DNA of 37,690 nt from Catajapyx aquilonaris (Eukaryota). This document shows, in pieces, positions 1 to 12,803 of the stretch. A model generated the notes under the pieces. The model was not told where the DNA came from. It saw nothing but the letters and a program-made list of their open reading frames with translations, and searched no databases. Each line of letters opens with the position of its first letter. The first letter of the stretch is position 1. The stretch spans positions 1 to 37,690 of the forward strand of contig KZ538991.1 in assembly GCA_000934665.2 (NCBI GenBank), given 5' to 3'. A program made the translations under genes and the position numbers.

Positions 1-1267
1 TCGCAAAAGTGATTATCAGGCCCATATCCGGCTCCCTAGGCAACCCCTGTAAGGCCGCTGGTCCATCTGCCAGGAAATCTCCCTACACAGGCGTCGTGTG
101 TGTTTCCGCCTGTGTCGAGGGGTAGGCCAATGTTCTAGGTCGCCTACCTCGTTACAGGTTGGTCCCGCGACATTTCTCCCACCGACATTTTAGACTTGGT
201 TTGGGCCAAGGAATACGCTGACGGCAGCTGGCTGGACTAGTAAAAAACACCCTGTATGCAATCATTATCGTTTCAAGGTCACTCAATGCTATGCATTTTA
301 CATTTAACATTTTTACTTCCTTTGGGGTCCTAAAAGACCCCACGTCACGGTTCCAGGGTGAATGATAATTTCCCTTTATGTCCACCTGCTGTAATACACA
401 AGGTGGTGTGCATTCGAGGGTAATAGGATCCTGGACAACACAGATGTGACATTAGGGAAATCATGCCGCCAGTCATGCCTTCTGATTGTCTTCCTGATGC
501 AAGCCAATTTTCCATATCATCAGTAAAGACAGCATAAGAATCCCTGGCAACAAGAATATCTTTTAGTTCATGGATGGCTTCAAAACATGTCTAAGAATCA
601 GCTAAAGCCTTGCCTGCTTAATATTGGGTGCTTACAAATGCATTGAATCTTTGGGGTGTCTTTACTAGCATAACTCCCCTATTATTTATAGTATAATATT
701 TCTCAAATACCCACTCAGGGGAATGCATAGAAGGTCCGACACAGTGCCATAGCATATGTATGTTCGTATATAGTAGCCTACTATATCGTGCACAGAGAGA
801 GACAATATTGAATTTCACTTCAATGCAGATTTAACTGACATCCTAGCTGATGGGAAGTTAGGTGAAATTGTGAGAGATTATTTATATTTTTTAATCAAAA
901 TAAACTCATTGTCAATTTGCATACTTCAATGGTCTTCGACCATTTTCTTGTCGCTGAACCCTTTTGACGGAATTGTGTAAAATAATTCGATATCACCTTT
1001 TAACAATATTGCTCATACTGTAAACGTAAAGCATTGCTGGCACTCTTCTAATTTAATACATGTACGTATATGTAGACGTATGTGAGAGACTTGCCAGTTT
1101 CTACTTTTCTGCCATGAGAATAATGGTCCTGAGAAGAGCTAGCCACATTGATGGAGTGAAACCTGTTAGCAGACCCTGAATATAACACAAACTTGCCTAG
1201 TTCATATTTTTTGGCCTGGAAGAATGATGGTTTTAAATATATTTATGTTGCTGTAGTTAGTCTAGTG

Positions 1268-1510
1268 CAGTAGTTCCCATCCTTTTCCGGGTCACGACCC
1301 CCTTTTATGATAGTCAAGTAACCTGGGACACCCCCCCCCCCTCCCCCGAGTATTCGTAGAAGATTAATGTAGTGTAGACATACTTATTAAGACATAAGAA
1401 ACCTTCGTGGCAAAATTTCATGAAATTTATTGCAAGTAAAAATTACAGTGGCCACCACTCAACCCCCCAGAAAAGGCTTCGCGACCCACAGGTTGGGAAC
1501 CACTGCACTG
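1268..1510. mobile_element. hAT-type MITE
   Basis: TIRs CAGTAGTTCCCA / TGGGAACCACTG (right CACTG duplicated); 8-bp TSD GTCTAGTG/GTCTAGTA. Confidence 0.8.
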
Positions 1511-1705
1511 GTCTAGTAAAAACTTGCTTTTTGTGGGAAAATATTTCACGTAATGGAGCAATTCCACTCTGTTCTTGTTTCGTTGTACTAAGCCGCCATT
1601 ACTCCAAATATCTTCTGCAGAGCCCTCTGGACAGGCCCACAGACTGGGGGGATGCCACATGCATTTCATCCTGAGAAGATGTCCCCAAAGTAACCAACTT
1701 ATCAT

Positions 1706-1913
1706 CAGAGCTGGGCAAACTAACCGGAATTTTTAGCTCAGCTAACTTCCGCTAACAGCTAATTCGGTTAGTAAACCGTGGGCAGCGCTAAATTGCTAAT
1801 GATAAACAGCTAGAATGATTAGGGGGGTTTCCACTAACCTTTCTATCTGTTAAGCATTAAGGATTTGGTGATGTCCATGGTTTTGCTGAGCAAGTTAGCT
1901 GTGCCCACCTCTG
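1706..1913. mobile_element. hAT-type MITE with GCTAA subterminal repeats
   Basis: TIRs CAGAGCTGGGCA / TGCCCACCTCTG; TSD CTTATCAT/CTTATCAG. Confidence 0.8.
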
Positions 1914-3224
1914 CTTATCAGTACATAAGCAGTACTTACTTCAATGGGTTGGTGGGTTTCAAGTAGCTAAGGATGCTAGAATCAAAAGGATGTGGCTGTG
2001 GAATTTGGCAATATTGTCCTGGCTCAACCAGATCCTCTTTGAAGTCCTGATGAAGAAATGTTATTTCCAAAATAATGAGACTGAACAGTTTACAATAACA
2101 TGTAATTCAATGTTAGGGGGGGGGGGGGGACCAACCATGTAGTAGTCCATAGAGACAAGTTGTGGGCTGTACTTCCACTGTTGGAAATGGTAGTAGCCAA
2201 CAGCACCTGTAATATTGGAAGAAGTGGTCAGTCAACAAGCAATTTCCAAGAGCACATTTACTCCTAATTAAATAAGACTCTGTCATCGTACTCGCATGTA
2301 GAAAGTAATTTTTCTATACAAGAAAATAGGTATCCTGTAAGATAAAGCAACAACATGAAGCAATCAATAATTTTTTTACTATCTTGCTAAAGAGGCTGGG
2401 AATATGAAGTGAAAAGAATACTGACACTTACACAATTATACTGTACAGTGTACAGTAATGCATGTTGAGTGACCTCTATTGCATGATAATAGCAAATACT
2501 GTATATCTGCAGTGGTACTGGTGGTGATTTTATTAATGATCATTTATCACTACGGTTTTAAAATGATAATGTATGTTTTCCAGTGCTAGTGGCAATAAGG
2601 CGATAAATGAAATGGTAAATGGAGTTTTGATCGATCATCTAACCTGTGCGTTCATCTAACAAATAACTTACCTAACTCAAACAATTATCAATTAATCCCA
2701 TGATAGAATACACTTTATTCGCACCCCAGTACCGTGCCTTATGTGACAGCAAATAAAGACTAATTAATCACTAATATGACGATTATTCCGATTTTAAGTT
2801 ACATTGAGACGATATCTTCATTCAATATCATCATTCCACTGCTACATGTTCATACATTGAGTAATTCAAAGAAATATCATTTTATAGCTACCATATTCTG
2901 TGCATTTGCTTCTGTTTAAATCCCTGGGACAAAACTTACACCAACAAATTATAAGGACGACTAACTCTCTGCTCTACATTTTATACAGAATGTTTCTTAT
3001 TTATGTCATTCAGTCGGGAACATATGTCTAGGCTCAAAACAAGTCAAAAATGTAGGGATGAAAAATGTCCAGGGAGCAACCGTATACGACAATGAAGATT
3101 CGGGTTCCCCTTCGGACTAGACAAACGCAGCAGCAACCCACCCAACAGATTTTTTTTGTGTAAGGAAGGGGCAAACCGAGTTCTATGAGACTCCTGCTAG
3201 AGCAGTGATTGTCTAACACTCTAA

Positions 3225-3351
3225 GGGCCGGTTTCACCGAGCTCAGTATATGATAAAACCAGGGTTCTTTCTCAAAATCCCTATCTATTTGTATGGGATT
3301 TTCCTAAAGAAACCTGGTTTTATCATATACCAAGCTCGGTGAAACCGGCCC
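3225..3351. mobile_element. PIF/Harbinger (Tourist-like) palindromic MITE
   Basis: GGGCCGGTTTCACCGAGCT ... AGCTCGGTGAAACCGGCCC; nearly the whole 127 bp is self-complementary; TAA TSD on both sides. Confidence 0.9.
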
Positions 3352-3923
3352 TAAGTGGAAGATGCATTCAGTGCAGTCTGCGCGGGATAAACTGACGGGA
3401 ATATGGCAAGGTCACATCGTGCCCAGTCATCATAATAGGATCATAATTAATAATTTGGATAGTGATGACATCCTAACAAGTATTGCACGGATTTTGTTTA
3501 ACCGTCAATAAATTCGTCACTGCATTCGTCAATACATTAGTCGAAATGCCTTGGTCTATAGGCATGGAGGGATTCCCAATCCTGACAATAATAGCAAATA
3601 TGATGTCTACTCCATGAAAAGGTGTGCTTTAATTACAAATTTATCATTTAGGACTTCGAAGCTCGCTCTCTAAATTGGGTGATTCATTCAGGCCTATTTC
3701 ATGAAGTCAGCTGTCGGAAATGGTGTTTGAACATGGTGCGTACTAGCGTAAAATATTCCTCCTGATCCTAAGTCATATATTTTTAAAATGTATGCTATAG
3801 GCTATCCTTTTAGGAGGCGATGAGGAAAAGCAAGGCAGGGAGGAATGTTCAAGCAGATGTTGAGTACTTATGCTAAAGGCCAGTAGATCAGGGTCATCAT
3901 ACACGCGGGAGAGCCTGATGAGG

Positions 3924-4087
3924 CAGTGGCGGATCTAGACGTCGTTGTTGTGGGGGGGGGGTGTTTTTTTCCCCCCCCCCAAACTAAATAAGCCCGNNNN
4001 NNNNNNNNNNNNNNNNNNNNNNNNNNNNNNNNNNNNNNNNNNNNNNNNNNNNNNNNNNCCCCCCCCCTCCCCATAGATCCGCCACTG
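3924..4087. mobile_element. hAT-type MITE spanning an assembly gap (N 3997-4058)
   Basis: TIRs CAGTGGCGGATCTA / TAGATCCGCCACTG; flanks GCCTGATGAGG / GCCTGAGG (degenerate TSD). Confidence 0.8.
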
Positions 4088-4922
4088 GCCTGAGGAACGT
4101 AATCTGTTTATGGTTCAACTTTTCTCCCTTCCTCCCCACGCCCCACTGCACATTTTTTTTTCTTCACGTCCGTTTTGGTCACCCAAATTCCGAAAAATGT
4201 ATTGACATCTCATTATGAACATCCCGTGAAATGAAATTCTGTTTGCGTGTTTCTAGCTAATGTCAAGTTTCCCATAACGGAATGATGTTAGGCTGTGTAT
4301 CCGGTATCTAGTCATGGTGCCATGAAATTAATAACCCGATGTATGCGAAAAATATGGTTACCTACAGCTACAGCACATTAATTATGACCCCACTGGTCCG
4401 AATTTCGGAACAAAGCAGTGGGTAGAGAATTAGCACAGAACATCTAATTGTCAACAGAAATCTTTTCCTGAAACCCCACCCATATACTGGTACAGTACTC
4501 CGCATTGCCATCAGCATAAGAATATCGTCATGCTAATAAGAATGAATGCTGCTCTTGGCGTCACTTAGAACACGAGCAGAAGCGAAGAAAAGGATGGATG
4601 ACTTGGGTGTGCAGATCGCGCGTACTACACCCACCATCGTGTTAGCTGAATGGGTGTGGTTCCCCGCTTGTCTCTGCCCATGTAAATTCTAATTCCCTCC
4701 AGGATTACCCCAAATCACTCTAATGGACTCGCATAATAACTGCCTGCTACTTGTTGCCACACAGATTTATACTTAGCTTTCTCGTCTAGGTGATAGTCCG
4801 TTATTCCCCTGGCGGCCGTCAAAAACGCAATTTTCCAGAATGTTCTCAAATCTCTCGTTATTCTAAAATTGCGAGTAAATGAAATCTATCCTGTTTCTCT
4901 ATATGTGGAACTTATTTTAAAA

Positions 4923-5070
4923 TACAGCAAAACCGTTTTATAACGGACCCTGTATATAAGCGGAATTTGGTTTGGTCCCGGCGCAGAATTTCAATGCGTT
5001 TATCTTGCAAGGACCTGTTCATTAATGATAATTTTTTTCCTAACGGAGTGACTCCACCACAGGCCGTTTA
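4923..5070 (+). mobile_element. pogo/Tigger-like MITE fragment
   Basis: TA-CAGCAAAACCG...TAACGGACCCTG..AGCGGA; similar to the copy at 8261. Confidence 0.45.
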
Positions 5071-7819
5071 ATTTATTGGTTAACAATACACAACCTCATC
5101 TTATCGTAGGTCTTTTAGTGAATGAAATCAGTCTGGGTAAAGTAGGCGTAAGGGGAAGATGGATAGGCCTATCGTCACTTATCAAATGGTAATGACCCTG
5201 CAGGATAAGGAAAGAAATCTTTCCTGAATTAGCAAACTTTGTCGTTCTGTTAAGAAACATCATGATCGGGACTAAGTACAGTACAGTAAATGGGGCAATT
5301 ATTCTAAGGCATGGGATAGTTTAACATTCCGCGCCCAAAATTATGCAAATTATTATGCAAGGTCCAGGATGTTCGTATAATTCCAGATACCCATTTTTAT
5401 CCCAAATATTTCAAAACGCTTCTGAATACAATGAAATTATAGTCGTGCAGTTACTATTAAAACTATCCGCAAGTATGCAAAAACGGTTTTAAATTATCGA
5501 CCACTTTCTATATACACCTCACGAACACTAACATTTGATATTGCTATCTAAGAGAGATTTTTGAATGGGATATCATACACTCCTATACGCTATAGCTATA
5601 GGCTATACCCATGTGTCCCAGTGTTATTGTTGACACAAATGGAATGTCACCTATTGCAATTATTGCCCTGAATTACGATTGAAGAAGAGCAAGGTCAGCA
5701 GCGGCTGAGTCTAATATCAATTTCTAGCAACTGTTGGCGCCTCACTTGTTACCCTACTGGGCGTATCGCATGGAATAAGGGTGTGTGGTATTTGAAATGT
5801 CAAGATACTAAAGTTTTCTTTCGCAACAAGTCATTCGACAGATTATCATTGTAACATATGAAAAGGTAAACATTCCCACCCTTCGCCGGAGCGAATTTTC
5901 GAGTGACTACTACATATATTAAGTAGGCGTCACCGTCTAGGTGGTCTGTTGACTGTATCGCCACGTCCACGTTAAACGCTATGACGTTGATAAATTGTAC
6001 CATAACAATGTCACATGTCTGGCAGGTGTATGCAGATATAATCGAATTGGATATTATCAACGCTACGTGCTCGCGTAAATCCAAAATTAAATTAAATTAT
6101 AATTCATTCGCTCGCCTTATATACCTGGGTAGGTATATACAGTACTAATCTGAATAAATGCTGAGAAGTATTGAAAATTCTTACCTCTTAACTTGCGCTT
6201 TTAACCGGCCAATATCGACAGAGACGACCAGCTCTAGATTTTCCCCCTTTCCCATCCGACAGTTTGCAAAAATGATGATTATTAATCACTAACAATTAAG
6301 GTAGCCATTAAGAGTGGACGTGCATCAGAATATCCTGGAAGCTTTACAATATCGAGTTGAATAATAAGAACATGTCATGACTAGTGGCTTTTATTGACTT
6401 CCTCAAAATCCATATCCTTGGACACATTGTGTGATTTGTGTCAATATGTGGTTCACTTCTTCTAGTGTACATTTTGCGCCCATGAGTCCTAGACAAGTTT
6501 TCATCCTTATTGCAAACTATTGTAATGTTTGTAATACATTGCCGATGAACAAAAGCGTCCATTGGATGGTTGTTTTTTTATAGCTCCGAAAATGTGGTGT
6601 TAGGCTTTCGCTTGCATCACTTGAGTCGCACTTGGCACAGTTGTATATGATGAGACAATTCTGTCGCACAGAGGTGGAAACCACGGTATGTATCGATTGA
6701 AGGGAAAGCTGAATGTTGCTTTTAATGTGTCGTGAGAATGAAAAATCGACTTATCGGATGCACGTGACTTAACTGTTAATTGAGTATATGCCATGGAAAT
6801 AGTCGTGCTTCGACACAATTCGTTTGTTATGGTGTCAAATTGGCGCCATTCCATTAGCATTTCTGCAAGGCCAGCACACACGTTGCCACGCTGAGGGAAA
6901 TACGAATCTGTGACACGCAATTACTCTCTGGTAATGTGATTTGCAGTTCTAATTCTATTATATGGAATTGCAATGTACAATGTGCTTCACAAGTGTATTG
7001 GTCAGTTAACATGAACTCACGTTATTTTGAAATTATTCTCTTCTCTGCAACTGTAGACCATCAATAGCTTTAAAGGGGCGTATTCATTTATTGCACTGCA
7101 CTGTAATGGTCGGCTAAAAAGGCATTCTATTTCCATATCCGCTCATTAATCCTGAAAATCCGGAAACCTAAGACAGTTATGCCATATAGTATTGACTCTC
7201 CCATGTGGCCTAACGCCCAATAATAATCTCAGCTATCTTATCTTCAGTATAGGTAACTGATAAAAGTTGCTCAGATGCAACATACATATGTGTCAATTCA
7301 TGTGCCTCATGGTCTAGCCTAGGGTATATCATGAACGTCATAACTACCATCATTACCTATCGAAATTATCTATCACATCCTGGAGCATCATTATTGTTGC
7401 ATTAGAAAATCTATAAAGGCTCAATAACTTATTTGTGACATCTTCAAATTCATCCTATAGAAATAGTAATAATAATTAAGGTTTAATAATCCATTCCGAG
7501 AACTGTTCTCCCCATAAGTGCTTGCGATGGAGCTTCCGGTTTTCAATTACACAACTTTGGAATCTCTCAGGGTCTATATATCGGTCTGTTTATACAATAT
7601 GCGGTATCTGCACTTGGGCAAGCACAACTCATATGGTCAGCCACCTTACATTTTTATTTAGGCAGTGGTTGTTGTAATTTGCTCTGTTACGGAGCAATGA
7701 ATTAAGACATTCGTAAGCAAATGTATCATACCGGTAATGCTGTATATATTTTATACAATGGTGATGGAGGTACAGTAAATGATAGCGTCGATAATAATTC
7801 TTGATACACTTTGCTTTCC

Positions 7820-7869
<50 letters not shown>

Positions 7870-7943
7870 CTCTTGGTAGTAGTAGTAGTAGTACGAGTCA
7901 TCCTATAGCATAGTCGTAGTAGCTCTTGGTGGTGGTAGTAGTA

Positions 7944-7992
<49 letters not shown>
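7820..7992. repeat. (GTA)n/(GTG)n compound microsatellite
   Basis: Seen directly; it produces the poly-Y and poly-V pseudo-ORFs. Confidence 0.97.
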
Positions 7993-8024
7993 AGGGCGTT
8001 TCACTATGCCAAACAGCAGGTACT

Positions 8025-8122
8025 ATATCGCTCAAAAACATAGAGACGATTTTGCATTTGACTCATGTGCAGCCTGCACTTGAATCAAATGCAAAATCGT
8101 CTCTTATGTTTTTGAGCGATAT
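8025..8122. repeat. Near-perfect 98-bp palindrome
   Basis: Arms 8025-8072 and 8074-8122 are reverse complements with 2 mismatches and 1 indel. Confidence 0.9.
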
Positions 8123-8260
8123 TACATTGGGTATACGGTATGTATTTCGGCGACACACTCATTACGTGGCGTAAGCAAATGTCCCAACCATGTTAAAAAG
8201 ATAAGCCAGACGCATACAATCACATTTGGGCACCCGCATTTGACTCAGCGTATTATGATA

Positions 8261-8427
8261 TACAGTGAAACCTGTCTACTACGGACCCTGAATATAGCGG
8301 ATTTGGCCATTGCAGAACTCGTTTGGTTCAGGGGAAAGAGGTTCAATTTCTGCCGCATTTAACGGAAAGCTGCTCAGTACGGAATTTCTCCTACAGAAAC
8401 CAACGACTCCTCTACAGATAGGTTTCA
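8261..8427 (+). mobile_element. pogo/Tigger-like MITE fragment
   Basis: TA-CAGTGAAACCTGTCT..ACGGACCCTG..AGCGGA; possible right end GATAGGTTTCA. Confidence 0.5.
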
Positions 8428-11149
8428 TTTGGGGGGGGGGGGGGTGTGGTGTTGCACGTCTCTATCAATATAAATAATACTTCATAATACTACACTACAA
8501 CCGCCGAAGACGAGTCGTCACGACCAGCATAGCTACACTGCTAGCTACATGCAGCAATAAAAAGCTACTTACCAATGGACAAAACCAGAATGAGGGCGTA
8601 TTTAAACCGCCTGAAGCTGGCATGCTTCCTACTCATCATCTTCCCAATTCCCGCACTTCATAAACCCTGTCCACAAGATATATCAGTGGTCCCTCACAGT
8701 CGGTGCGCGAAGTGACTGAATGGCACACTATACATACGCTGCCTGTTGGTGGAGCTTTTGCAGTCTATTTCTTGATTGGTGCAATCCCCTCCCGCGAAAG
8801 CGCACTACCCAATACTGCACTACTGGGAACTCCGTATACCATTTCCAACTCTGCCTGTGCACATTCAGCATTTGTGTCGGATCAACAGGTGATTTGCCTG
8901 GCTTTCACTGCAGTTCAGCGAGACACCAGATTGTATAATGCTCACATGTCCATTTGATAGTGAGACTGATGGGAAATTTCTGATATGATATGCTGATAAG
9001 GGCGGCTGCATACGGGGTGGCTAGTATCTCCCGAGTTTGGTTCAGGTTGGTATAATTATATTCAAAGGCCAAAATACTCTGTATCGAAGCTATAATTACT
9101 GCATGTGGTGGATTACCATGGCGCGCTGTATGCGGAATGTCCTCCACAGCCCACCACATGTCTATAACCGCTTGATGGGTGCGGTATCCTTCGGGTACAG
9201 TACAGTACACCCTATAACAACAACAACAATAATGGTGTATACCCAGTGTGCTGATATGCTCTATAATGCCAATACTAACAATGTCATAATTTCATTGTGT
9301 ATATGTCGCGTCCAAAAATGATGTAGTATTTTGGTTTTAGAATGAGCCCATGGATCTTATCGACTTATCTAAAGCTAATGTTTGACGACGGTGGCGTTTC
9401 CTGAGGCACGTCCGGGGAAAGACTAGGAAAGGTGAGTAACTCGGTGTTTCCCACCACAACCATCCACAAGTGTACAGTAGAACACGTGTACAGTCGATTA
9501 CAGTTTACAATGAACATGAGTCATGGGGAATCTCCTGTTTAAATTTGCCACGAAACAGCGTCATTATCGATCGTTCTAAATTATTTCCATTTTAAAACCT
9601 CTTATTATCTCTCTCAGGCGTGAGTCCCATTCGCATAAGACAATGGGTGGTCTCCGTCTTTACCTGTAGACTCTTCTACACAGTTCCATGATTTGACGTT
9701 ATGTTTTGGGATGAGACTTATGAAACCAGCTATCGTCTCACAAATGTTCACCATCAGAGTACTAGGCCTATATCATTCACTATGATGTTGTTGACCGCTG
9801 CTACATTAATCCGTTCATCTCAAGAGGATTCTCAAATTGTCATACAAATGCGTGGTGAACGTGCACCAATTGGGACGGCGAATTTTGTGAAAAAGGGAAG
9901 ACACAGCTTTGACTGGTGAGTGGTCTATTTCTATGAAACAGTTATTTTTAATGTTAAAACATAATTCTCATTACTTTGGTACCAGCCATGTACTTGCATA
10001 AGGTGGGTGGTTGTCTGTTGAAAATGTTACGTATTATTGCAAATTATTGCGCCTGTTATTCCTAGCCATACCAAGAGCTAATGGCCATACATTTCCTCTG
10101 ATATAGTCTTGGGCCTAATGCCATTTGTATAATGCTGTGAAAACGCAGAAAAACTCAAAACAACATGCAAAAACTTGAAGCACCTGGTGAAATATGAGCC
10201 TCAATTTCTGGTCGGAAGAAAAAATATGATAAGTGTCATGAGGCATGCTTGTAAAATTGAATTGCAGGTATCCGATGGGGGGAAATTTTTAAAAACATTG
10301 GCATATGCTCTTTCACGTGGAGCATATTTTGCAACCTTTAACTCAATTTGACCAAAAATGTTGTTGAACATGGGCTCTTTCCATTCTTTGTTGACTCAAT
10401 TTTAATGCATGCTACGGCACAATAGCTGATCTTATTCAGTTATATAATATTGTTTATCAGAACTTTTCTCATAATATTGTGATCTAATTCTGCCACGATA
10501 AAGACCATCTGTTTGGCTTGAAAAATGTTCATTTGCTTCACCTTCTAAGACTGACTCCCCAGTCTATTTATAATGTCAGTTTCTTACTAGTGCATGTCGG
10601 ATGAATCATATTATGGCTCATTCTTGCATCACTGTCTTACAACTGCAATGAAACCAATGAGCGGATGTCTCCAGGTCACAAAATGACTAGCAGTCAGAGC
10701 GCGCCCACCCTGACTTAGGCGTATGTGACTATAATGGATCAAGTGGCGCCTTCCTTGACCCTCCCTGTGATCTTTCTAACTGGCGGTATTAAATAAGTTA
10801 ATATTAATAGATGAGCTGAGGCCGGCCACATTCGCATGATGATGGCATTCTATCTTAGGAAGCAGCCAGCTTCCCGCATGACTGCGGGCGTGGTGCGAAT
10901 CATAGATGGTGTGAATATTGAAGGTTCCTATTTTCAGAGAAAGTTAAAATGCGGAATAGAGCGTTACTCGGCGTTACTATTGTTGCTGCGGGTACTGGTA
11001 CACATTCGGCTATAAAAGGAACTCATTCTCCCACAGGTTACTTGCCATATCATTGTGTAAAAAATGACACATAATTTTTTCATTTATAAATTTTACATGA
11101 AACGTTTCAGTGGTAAACATTAACAACTCAAGTAAGGTTTTATACGGTC

Positions 11150-11492
11150 GGGGGAGGTGTGGTGGCCGAGATGGTAACGTCTCGGCTTGCTGAGTGAAAG
11201 GCCCCAGGTTCGATCCCTGCCTGGGGAACTTCCTTCCACCTGCGTCGGGAGGGTCTCTGACCTGCACCAAGGAGGTGTCTGGCAACCTAACCTCCTGGGG
11301 GACTGCACATGGCCCAAAAGGCTAGGACAATGCACCTGCACAAGTGTCCCCTCCCCAACAATCCCTTTCCCTACCCTATATCCTGAACAAGTCCTTGCAC
11401 GGAGACTGAAGAAAATACGGAAAACTGATGGTGGTATGCCACCCCCCTAAACGAGCCGAATGGCTCGAGCACAGGGTATCAATAAAAAAAAA
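11150..11492 (+). mobile_element. tRNA-derived SINE
   Basis: Pol III A box TGGCCGAGATGG and B box GGTTCGATCCC; A-rich tail; 13-bp TSD GTTTTATACGGTC (11137-11149, 11493-11505). Confidence 0.92.
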
Positions 11493-11633
11493 GTTTTATA
11501 CGGTCATATTTATTCTCTGTTTAAAATTTCGGACCTCAGGCTAAAAATTAATGTTGCTAATCCATGACCTGACGTAAATAATAATTTTCATAGCCTACTA
11601 GGCTACTGTGTAATATTTTTATTATGAAGTTAC

Positions 11634-11730
11634 TGGGTGGAATTTTCGTCCAACTACTACAGTTACTGCTAACTTGGCAGTGTCAGTGCCAACACTGCTA
11701 AGGTAGCAGTAATGACAAAAATTCCACCCA
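11634..11730. repeat. Imperfect palindrome/hairpin
   Basis: TGGGTGGAATTTTCGTC..TTACTGCTAACTTGGCAGTG pairs with CACTGCTAAGGTAGCAGTAA.GACAAAAATTCCACCCA. Confidence 0.75.
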
Positions 11731-12379
11731 CTTTCTTTTAAAAATATTCTGTTGCTGGAATTTCCCCATAATTTACGGCTTTGGGGTAATTCAAGCAGAT
11801 TTTAAAAAATTAGGCCTAGGCCTATTTTTACCATAGAAAATATTGTTTCTTCCATATTAGATATGGGGTTCATATATATATTTGCAACAAAATCGAAAAA
11901 TATGACTTCCACCCTCCGTCTGAATTGAAATGGAACCAGCCATATGATGTTGGAAATCCCCCAGCATGTTCCTCGATGCATCTTTAAAATATAAATTCAC
12001 TTATATATGTGTATGTGCATAATAACAATAGCCTACAGTGCGTTCGGAATCCAAGTATTGTTGTCCTTTTGGTTATCGCAAATGTCTCCCGAAGTTGTTA
12101 TATTTTTCGAAGTGCACCCGATATCACCAGCTGCTACATTCAATATTGGACACCTCAATCGGGCTCAAAAAGCCCCACAAAAATAACAACTTCGGGTAAA
12201 ATTTGCGATAACTAAAAATGACCCCTTGGAACACACTACTTATTCCATATGCGTCTCACATATCACATATGTGAGGTTTTGTCTCATATTCGTGTCACAT
12301 GCGACCAGGAGCCAGTGTACTGAAAATCCGCCTTCTTGTGCCAGGCCAGAAAAAAATTCCACGGATAATTTTTCACGTA

Positions 12380-12691
12380 AGTAGCTACTGCGTACTGTAC
12401 AGCATTGCTACATCGGGATATTCGAAAAGAGGCGCCAACCTCCAGGGTCCCACCCAGCTGTTGGCAACTCTCCTGTTGGCAATGCGCAATAGTGAGTGGG
12501 GAGAGGTGGAGAGTGTGGTGGGGGATAGAGAGGCCAAGCCAGGCCGGCAGAGAACGTTCCATTCCATCAGGTCTTCATTCGGTGACCGCTCATCTCGAAG
12601 AGAGGTCGTTGTTTTGTAGTTCACGCCGTGTTCTCATCACGTTTGTGCCGGTCCTCGTGTTCCATGGTCATTTGAGCAGGGAGTGAGAAGT
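12380..12691 (+). promoter_or_regulatory. Probable STRAP proximal promoter/5'UTR
   Basis: GC- and CpG-enriched stretch just upstream of the ATG, with repeated TTGGCAA(C) motifs (~12461, ~12476). TSS not determinable. Confidence 0.4.
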
Positions 12692-12803
12692 ATGGCTCTA
12701 AGGCAAACACCGCTGACTTGCAGCGGCCACACCAGGCCTGTGGTGTACCTTGCTTTTAGTCCGGTCAACGACTATGGCTACTTTCTGATTTCAGCCTGCA
12801 AAG
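12692..12803 (+). CDS. STRAP: STRAP exon 1
   Basis: ATG at 12692; [37 protein letters not shown]; donor GTGAGT at 12804 (phase 1). Confidence 0.95.

Noticed and set aside
7629..8174. Poly-Tyr/poly-Val ORFs
   Set aside because: Translation of the GTA microsatellite.
8703..9321. Overlapping short ORFs
   Set aside because: No recognisable domain or consistent exon structure.
11150..11230. tRNA gene
   Set aside because: A and B boxes are the head of a SINE with body, tail and TSD; the same applies to 27406-27480.
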